From Acidobacteriota bacterium (GTDB lineage Bacteria; Acidobacteriota; Terriglobia; UBA7540): DNA of 64,000 nt. Positions 58,040 through 64,000 of the stretch are shown here, in pieces. The stretch is from positions 3,739 through 67,738 of the forward strand of contig JAKAWG010000001.1 in the NCBI GenBank assembly GCA_021817045.1. Direction: 5' to 3'. The translations under genes and the position numbers were made by a program. Below the pieces are notes generated by a model. That model had not been told where the DNA came from, made no database searches, and saw only the letters and a program-made list of their open reading frames with translations. Position 1 is the stretch's first letter; the number at the start of each line of letters is the position of its first letter.

Positions 58040-59269
58040 ATGGCGCTGTCACCGGCGAAGACCGACGAAAGGATTTCATCAAGAGCGTGGAGAATTTGCT
58101 TTCTGCTTTTCCTCGCCACCGCGGTCATCTACCTCGACCGGCAAGTGCTGGCGCTTACCGCTGATAAAATCATCGCCGAATTCAAACTGACCGACGAAGG
58201 TTTTGGCCGCATTATTGCCGCCTTTCGGTATGCCTACGGAATATTTCAGATTCTCGGCGGCTTCCTTGTTGATGCCTCCAACCCGATGATTGTGTTTCCG
58301 GCGGCAAGCGGCCTGTGGGCGGTGTCGGGATTGCTGACCGGGCTTGCCGCAAGCGTCGGCATGCTAACCGGGTTCCGTTTCCTGCTGGGAGTGGGCGAGG
58401 CATTCAACTGGCCCTGTGCGCTCAAGCTTACCAACGAACTCCTTCCTCCGGAAAACCGGGCATTAGCGAACGGAATTTTTAATGCCGGCGCGCCGATCGG
58501 CGCACTTATCGCACCCGTCATCGTGACTGTTATTACCCTTCGATTCAGTTGGCGAGCGGCGTTCGTAACCACCGGCATCGTCGGCGCTATTTGGGTTATT
58601 GCGTGGATCGTTTACACAAAACCGGACGCTCCGCGACTCAAAGGGCGCCCATCTCCACTCGGGGACGTGTTTCGCGCGGCCGCGCGGATTCTGAGGCGGC
58701 GTGAGTTCTGGGCGCTGGCTGTGTCAGCCATCATCATCAACGGTGTTAGCTATTACCTGGTGGATTGGATTCCCCTGTACCTCAAGACAACACGTGGATT
58801 CAGTTTTGCGGAGGGAAATCTCCTCACGATTGTTATTTATTCCGGGACTTCCGCAGGTAACCTTCTCTCGGGCCTTCTCGTCCACAGATTGACTGCCGCC
58901 CAGGTTCACATCATGAACGCAAAGAAGGTTACGCTCTTGATTAGCTGCGTGCTGATGATCGCTGCAGTCTTCGCCGGCCTCACGCCGTCTCGAGTTGCTG
59001 CCGTCGGTTTGCTGGCGCTCGCGGGAGTGGGGGCTGCCGGTTTTCTGGTTATTTATTTGACGTTAGTTCAGGATGTCGATCCTGCTTACGTGGGCCTTAC
59101 CTCAGGGCTGCTTGGCGGGATAGGTAACCTTGCGTACGGCTTTCTGAGTCCGTACATCGGTCACCTGGCTGATCTTCACAAGAGTTCGCTGACGCTGACG
59201 CTCATCGGAATGCTGCCATGGCTAGCCTTCTTCGCGATCTTGGCTGGCCTGAAGGGCAAGCACGCGTGA
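58040..59269 (+). CDS. MFS transporter (hexuronate/galactonate transporter-like)
   Basis: 12-TM MFS layout with the YLDRQVLALT... motif region. It is adjacent to the sugar-acid dehydratase. Confidence 0.8.
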   Translation: MALSPAKTDERISSRAWRICFLLFLATAVIYLDRQVLALTADKIIAEFKLTDEGFGRIIAAFRYAYGIFQILGGFLVDASNPMIVFPAASGLWAVSGLLTGLAASVGMLTGFRFLLGVGEAFNWPCALKLTNELLPPENRALANGIFNAGAPIGALIAPVIVTVITLRFSWRAAFVTTGIVGAIWVIAWIVYTKPDAPRLKGRPSPLGDVFRAAARILRRREFWALAVSAIIINGVSYYLVDWIPLYLKTTRGFSFAEGNLLTIVIYSGTSAGNLLSGLLVHRLTAAQVHIMNAKKVTLLISCVLMIAAVFAGLTPSRVAAVGLLALAGVGAAGFLVIYLTLVQDVDPAYVGLTSGLLGGIGNLAYGFLSPYIGHLADLHKSSLTLTLIGMLPWLAFFAILAGLKGKHA

Positions 59270-59317
59270 TCGACGCCTTGACCGGTCGCAGAGTGACCTT
59301 GAATAAAAGCTGAGCAA

Positions 59318-59365
59318 AACTCGGAACCCGCAACTTTGAAATCTGAAAGTGGCGGGTTCCGAGTT
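59318..59365 (-). terminator. 14-bp hairpin with a T-rich tail on the minus strand
   Basis: AACTCGGAACCCGC (59318-59331) pairs with GCGGGTTCCGAGTT (59352-59365). On the minus strand it is followed by TTGCTCAGCTTTTATTC. The loop is long (20 nt). Confidence 0.4.
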
Positions 59366-59762
59366 CGCTCACGGTTTTCGGCGTCGGCAGTTTGTTTATG
59401 TTGCTTGTTTTCAGTAACTTATATTAATTACGGGTGTTCTCCTAGCCTTTATAAATTTTTCATTCTAAATGGCTTAATCCATTTCCGGCCGAAAAGCTTG
59501 GCTTTGCTTTTGGGTTTGGTCGTCATAAGCAAATTCTAATGTTGTTTGTTTTCATTAGCTTGGTGGGTTCATCGAGCAAAAACGGCCTGTTAATTTCGCT
59601 GAAAGTCCCTAGCCTACAGATTTTTTCCGACTCGCAGAATTGAGCCATCGCCGACCAATTTGGAGCCTATCGCCAACCGAAATCGTTGTTGGGCAGGTAC
59701 GGTTCGTATGGCGCATGGCGGACCTCCAGGCAGTCATCTTGCGATGGGCCCAGTTACTTGAC

Positions 59763-59790
59763 AGTATACATGTCGCTGAAACTTTGTCAA
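59763..59790 (-). promoter_or_regulatory. candidate sigma70-type promoter firing into the AT-rich non-coding tract
   Basis: On the minus strand: TTGACA (59790-59785), a 16 nt spacer, then TATACT (59768-59763). Confidence 0.4.
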
Positions 59791-59899
59791 GCATGTAGGC
59801 TATCCGGCCATATCCTAATCTGAGGGTAGCGCCTGCCTATAGGCCGGCACCTGCCGAGTTAAAGCCGGGCGCTGCACTTGAAGCTACACGGCTACGCGC

Positions 59900-61207
59900 T
59901 CAAGGCTGGGGCGGTGCGGACGGACTGAGGACCGGGCTGAGGCTCACGTCGTCTACCCAGACTTTTCCGGCAATCCGGTTGTCGAGTTTCTGGCTCGGCA
60001 CGCGGGCAATCATGACCACAACCAGATTGGTTTTGGGGCCCGTCCTGAAATCGAGGCTTAGCGGAAGCCAACTGGGCGAGGTTCCGATCATGGCGTCGGT
60101 GTATTGATCGAGCGCCGCAGGATTGTAGGCGTCACGCACCTCGAGCCGCGGGCCGCTGTCGGTAGTGATGTGCTCCGTTTTCATAAAACCCGTCAGCTCA
60201 TATTTGTGGTTGGGTAGCACGGGAACATACTGGTAGACAGCATGATAATCCAGGTTCTGATTGCCGGGGAACTGGATGAGTAAAGAATACGGAGGCGAAC
60301 GGAACGTGGAATCATCGAGCGTGACGTAAACGCCGCTCACGCCGCCGACGCGCCAGCCAAAACCCATGTTCAATGGCTGGTTCGCAAAGTCGCCATTCTC
60401 AAGGAGGTTTTTCGGCCTGGACTCATCCGTGGCTGGAATCAGCCCTTTTTGCCGCAAAACGTTCCAGACCTGGTAGGCCTTGGCGGGATGATGGCCGGCG
60501 ATCAGCGCATCGATATAAGGCGAGGCCTGCGCGGGATCGAACTTGCCCGAATCCTTGACGATTAGTTTCCACACTGGCGCCGCTTGCGCAACTCGCTGAG
60601 TGGCGAGCAAAAAATTCAGATAGGTGAGTTCGCCGGATGCGTTGCGGGGCACCAACTCTGAGAGGATTTGATGGGGATCGTTCGAGGCTTTCCACGCCGT
60701 CGTGAAGATGGTTTGCCAGTAGCTCGGGTCGCCGCTGAGAACCATTCTGAAGTGCCGGAACGCTTCATCCAGGTCCCCGTGCAAGAGAAAGAAATTGCCA
60801 ATTGCCCACTGGTATGATGGGATATGGGGCGCAAGCTCGTCCACGCGACGCAGGCAATCCTCCGCCTTGTTCGTGTCTCCCGCAAAAACCATGGTCGTGC
60901 CGAGGTCGAGCCAAGCTTGCGCATTGTAAGCGTTCAACTCAACGGCACGGCGCAACGCCTTGGCCGCGAGCGCGGGGTTGGCGTTCATCACACTATACTG
61001 GTAAAGCCGCCCGAGTTGGAGCGCATAATTGCTGTTGCTGGGATCAAGGCGGCGGGCAGCCTGAAGGTTCACTACCGTCGGCCTTTCTGCCACGGCGAAG
61101 GCCAGGTAGGTCCTTACAATCCACACTGCAGCAAGAACAAAGATCGCTACTCCGACGGCAATGATCGCACTTTTTTTGACGCTGCCTTGAATTGTAATCC
61201 GCATCAC
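59900..61207 (-). CDS. membrane-anchored tetratricopeptide-repeat protein with beta-rich C-terminal domain
   Basis: N-terminal TM helix (AIIAVGVAIFVLAAVWIV) and TPR-like repeats (AYNAQAWLDLG..., GNFFLLHGDLDEAFRHF). Confidence 0.65.
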   Translation of the reverse strand: MMRITIQGSVKKSAIIAVGVAIFVLAAVWIVRTYLAFAVAERPTVVNLQAARRLDPSNSNYALQLGRLYQYSVMNANPALAAKALRRAVELNAYNAQAWLDLGTTMVFAGDTNKAEDCLRRVDELAPHIPSYQWAIGNFFLLHGDLDEAFRHFRMVLSGDPSYWQTIFTTAWKASNDPHQILSELVPRNASGELTYLNFLLATQRVAQAAPVWKLIVKDSGKFDPAQASPYIDALIAGHHPAKAYQVWNVLRQKGLIPATDESRPKNLLENGDFANQPLNMGFGWRVGGVSGVYVTLDDSTFRSPPYSLLIQFPGNQNLDYHAVYQYVPVLPNHKYELTGFMKTEHITTDSGPRLEVRDAYNPAALDQYTDAMIGTSPSWLPLSLDFRTGPKTNLVVVMIARVPSQKLDNRIAGKVWVDDVSLSPVLSPSAPPQP

Positions 61208-61267
61208 TCACCATGGTGCCGACGCAGGGGCATCAGGCCAAGCCAAAACTGAAATCTTAGCACAAGG

Positions 61268-61315
61268 TGGGTCGCGGTAGGGGCAACGGGCAACCACTGT
61301 CCCTACCGCGACCCA
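61268..61315. repeat. 15-bp perfect inverted repeat in the TPR-maeB divergent spacer
   Basis: TGGGTCGCGGTAGGG (61268-61282) pairs with CCCTACCGCGACCCA (61301-61315), separated by an 18-nt loop. Confidence 0.5.
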
Positions 61316-61786
61316 AGAAATCCGCCCGGAGCTTCCGCAGGCGTCGTTTGAGTTCTGAGGTGGCCTCAGTGCGATCTGGATGACTACTGAGGGCGAATCC
61401 AGGACTCTCAGTCAGTGACTTCTCGATGACACTATGCCGTTGTGCCATGGTGTGATCTGCGTCACAGATATACCTTGGCCTTTGTTAGAAAATTATAATA
61501 TGAGCTGCCATAGGCGCTATTGAGAATTGGCGCGGAGTCGGCTCTACCTCCACCAACGCCCGAGAGGTTGGGGCGCCTCCCTCGGCTTGTGTCGACCTTT
61601 CCGCGTCCACTCGTGCGAGAGCAGGCTTAAATGCTCAGAAGATGCGTGGTCACGTTGCAAAAGCGAACTTTGGCTCGCATTTGTGGCCTCGTCAGGCGTG
61701 TTGAGAAGCGCCACTTAGCCAAAAACTCACGGCTCGCCAAGTTAAAGCCTAGGGTGATGCACCATGGCCACTGAGAAGGAGGCACT

Positions 61787-64000
61787 ATGCAAGTTCACAA
61801 GCAAGATGCGTTGGAGTACCACCGCGGATGCCGGCACGGCAAGATCGAGGTCATTGCCACCAAACCGTGCCTCACCCAATGGGATTTGAGCCTCGCCTAC
61901 ACGCCCGGCGTGGCCGAGCCTTGCTTGGAGATCGAAAAGACTCCTGATCTCGCCTTCGATTACACCGCCAAAGGGAACCTGGTGGCTGTGGTCTCGAACG
62001 GTACGGCGGTGCTGGGCTTGGGCAACATTGGCGCGTTGGCGGGAAAACCGGTGATGGAAGGCAAGGCCGTGTTGTTCAAACGCTTCGCGGATATCGACGT
62101 CTTTGACCTCGAAGTGGGCTCCGAAAACCCGGACGACGTCATCAGATTTTGCCAACTTCTGGAACCAACGGTCGGCGGGATCAACCTGGAAGACATCAAG
62201 GCGCCGGAATGCTTCGTGATTGAAGCGACGCTGCGCAAGACCCTCTCGATCCCCGTCATGCATGACGACCAGCACGGGACAGCGATCATTTCCGGCGCGG
62301 CGCTGCTGAACGCGCTCGAGTTGGCGGGCAAGGACATGGCGAGCGCCAAAGTGGTGTTTAACGGAGCCGGGGCCTCAGGCATTGCTTGCGCCGAGCACTA
62401 CATCCGGTTAGGCGTGAAGCGCGAGAACCTGATCTTGTGCGACACCAAGGGCGTCGTGTATCAGGGCCGGGGTTATGGCATGAACCCGTACAAGGAGCAG
62501 TTGGCGGCGTCCACCGAGGCCCGCACGCTGGCGGACGCTTTGCGCGGCGCCGACGTGTTGGTAGGACTCTCCACGGCGCGTTGTGTGACGCCGGACATGG
62601 TGCGCTCGATGGCGGAGAAGCCCGTTATCTTTGCTATGGAGAATCCCATACCGGAGATCGATTACGAGGAGGCCAAGGCGGCGCGGCCGGATGCGATCCT
62701 GGCCACGGGCAGGTCCGATTATCCGAACCAGGTCAATAATGTTCTCGGATTCCCGTTCATCTTTCGCGGCGCGCTTGACGTGAGGGCCCAAACTATCAAC
62801 CACGAGATGGAGGTGGCCGCCACCCAGGCGCTCGCGGCCCTGGCCAAGGAAGACGTGCCGGACTCCGTATTGAAAGCGTATGGTCTAGGCCGGCTGCAGT
62901 TTGGTCCGGAGTATATCATTCCGAAACCGTTCGATCCGCGCGTCCTGATTTGGGAACCCATCGCCGTGGCAAAAGCGGCCATGGAGAGTGGTGTGGCGCG
63001 TACTCCGATCGATCTCGTAGAGTATGGGGACCAGCTTTCGCGGCGCCTCAGCCGCACGCAGGAGTTGACGCTGCGCGTGCGGCACCGGGCACAGGCCGAG
63101 CCAAAACACATCGTGTTCTCCGAAGGTGAGCAAGAGAAAATCATCCGCGCCAGCTATCAGATCATGGAGGAACACATTGCGCATCCCATTTTGATTGGGC
63201 GACCGGACGTTATCAAAAGCAAGCTGATCGACCTCGGACTGCATCGCTTTGACGCCCGCATCGTTGAGCCTGGGAAATGGTTGGGATTCAGCGCCTATGT
63301 GGAGGAGTATTACCGCCTCCGGCAGCGGCGTGGCGTGACCCGAAGCGAAGCCTGCGAGCAAATGCTTAATCCCAACTACTTCGGAGCCATGATGGTGCAT
63401 ATGGGCGATGCGGATGGCTTCCTCGCTGGCGTCTCGCAGCATTATCCCGAAACGATTCGCCCCGCCCTCCAAATCATCAAGATTCGGGAGAACGTCCACC
63501 GCGTTTCCAGCGTGTATGTCATCATCACGAAGCAGCAGGTGTTCTTCTTTGCCGATCCAACGCTGAACATCGATCCCACGGCGAGCGACCTCGCGGAAAT
63601 CGCGCTCCTCACGTCGGAAGTTGCGCTCGAGTTCGGTTTCACGCCCCGCGTGGCGATGCTCTCGTTCTCCAATTTCGGCAGCACCCGGCATCCGTTAGTT
63701 GAAAAAATGCGCAACGCGGCGGAGATTTTGAAGCAGGCTCACCCCGAAATCATGGTTGATGGAGAGATGATGGCAGATACCGCGGTCGACCCCAAATTGC
63801 TCGAAGGTGAGTACCCATTCTCTACACTCAAAGGCGGAGGCAATGTTCTCATCTTTCCGGACCTCAGTGCTGCCAACATCGCGTACAAATTGATGCTGCG
63901 GATTGGCGGCGCGGAAGGCTTGGGCCCTATTCTTATGGGCCTGTGCAAACCGGTTCACGTCCTGCAGCGTGAGGCTACGGTGGATGAGATCGTCAACATG
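61787..64000 (+). CDS. maeB: NADP-dependent malic enzyme (malic enzyme plus phosphotransacetylase-like domain), 3' end outside window
   Basis: GAAGGAGG RBS before ATG 61787. My hand translation reads [28 protein letters not shown]...[43 protein letters not shown]...[13 protein letters not shown]. The frame stays open to base 64000, so it is absent from the ORF track. Confidence 0.9.
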   Translation, partial: MQVHKQDALEYHRGCRHGKIEVIATKPCLTQWDLSLAYTPGVAEPCLEIEKTPDLAFDYTAKGNLVAVVSNGTAVLGLGNIGALAGKPVMEGKAVLFKRFADIDVFDLEVGSENPDDVIRFCQLLEPTVGGINLEDIKAPECFVIEATLRKTLSIPVMHDDQHGTAIISGAALLNALELAGKDMASAKVVFNGAGASGIACAEHYIRLGVKRENLILCDTKGVVYQGRGYGMNPYKEQLAASTEARTLADALRGADVLVGLSTARCVTPDMVRSMAEKPVIFAMENPIPEIDYEEAKAARPDAILATGRSDYPNQVNNVLGFPFIFRGALDVRAQTINHEMEVAATQALAALAKEDVPDSVLKAYGLGRLQFGPEYIIPKPFDPRVLIWEPIAVAKAAMESGVARTPIDLVEYGDQLSRRLSRTQELTLRVRHRAQAEPKHIVFSEGEQEKIIRASYQIMEEHIAHPILIGRPDVIKSKLIDLGLHRFDARIVEPGKWLGFSAYVEEYYRLRQRRGVTRSEACEQMLNPNYFGAMMVHMGDADGFLAGVSQHYPETIRPALQIIKIRENVHRVSSVYVIITKQQVFFFADPTLNIDPTASDLAEIALLTSEVALEFGFTPRVAMLSFSNFGSTRHPLVEKMRNAAEILKQAHPEIMVDGEMMADTAVDPKLLEGEYPFSTLKGGGNVLIFPDLSAANIAYKLMLRIGGAEGLGPILMGLCKPVHVLQREATVDEIVNM

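Noticed and set aside
61742-63958. Series of minus-strand ORFs (177, 140, 131, 141, 268, 90, 87 aa)
   Set aside because: All are antisense to the open maeB frame, whose identity is unambiguous.

Overview
This is a GC-rich bacterial chromosomal window. The gene content suggests an Acidobacteriota-like soil bacterium, but that is inference only: a PEP-CTERM protein, a CarboxypepD_reg-type TonB-dependent receptor beside Tat-exported glycoside hydrolases, alternative complex III joined to a caa3 oxidase operon, and pilMNOPQ.

Core blocks, in order:
- tldD (5' partial) and pmbA
- leucine-catabolism genes (MCCase beta, HMG-CoA lyase, enoyl-CoA hydratase)
- pilMNOPQ
- class IV aminotransferase
- cspA
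- APC/LAT-type permease
- a SusD-less polysaccharide-utilisation-like cluster (glycoside hydrolase, TonB-dependent receptor, two large Tat-signal proteins)
- acnA
- actABCDEF, one small membrane ORF, sco1 and coxII/I/III/IV
- a 1043-aa NPCBM-domain protein
- sugar-phosphate isomerase and a methyltransferase
- Fe-alcohol dehydrogenase
- galactonate-dehydratase-like enolase plus an MFS transporter
- a TPR protein
- maeB, which runs off the 3' edge and is therefore missing from the ORF track

Accessory DNA:
1. A 3,468-bp IS1595-family element (13613-17080) has 24-bp terminal inverted repeats and an 8-bp target duplication, GGAAATTC. It carries a PEP-CTERM gene and a translationally coupled operon of an unknown 264-aa protein, a PIN nuclease and a 49-aa basic ORF. 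It sits 2 bp from the putative cspA -35 box.
2. A degraded island (about 50.2-54.7 kb) holds an IS4-family transposase fragment, a PIN/RHH pair preceded by a broken antitoxin gene, and an 813-aa coiled-coil protein with an Mrr-type nuclease domain. It abuts a truncated, frameshifted glutamine-synthetase remnant.

Other oddities:
- a compensated double frameshift inside the permease
- a gene with extreme G-ending codon bias
- paired CTGTAGCG hairpins
- an AT-rich putative non-coding locus

I saw no rRNA, tRNA or CRISPR array. The best candidate for an undescribed system is the transposon-borne 264-aa/PIN/49-aa module.
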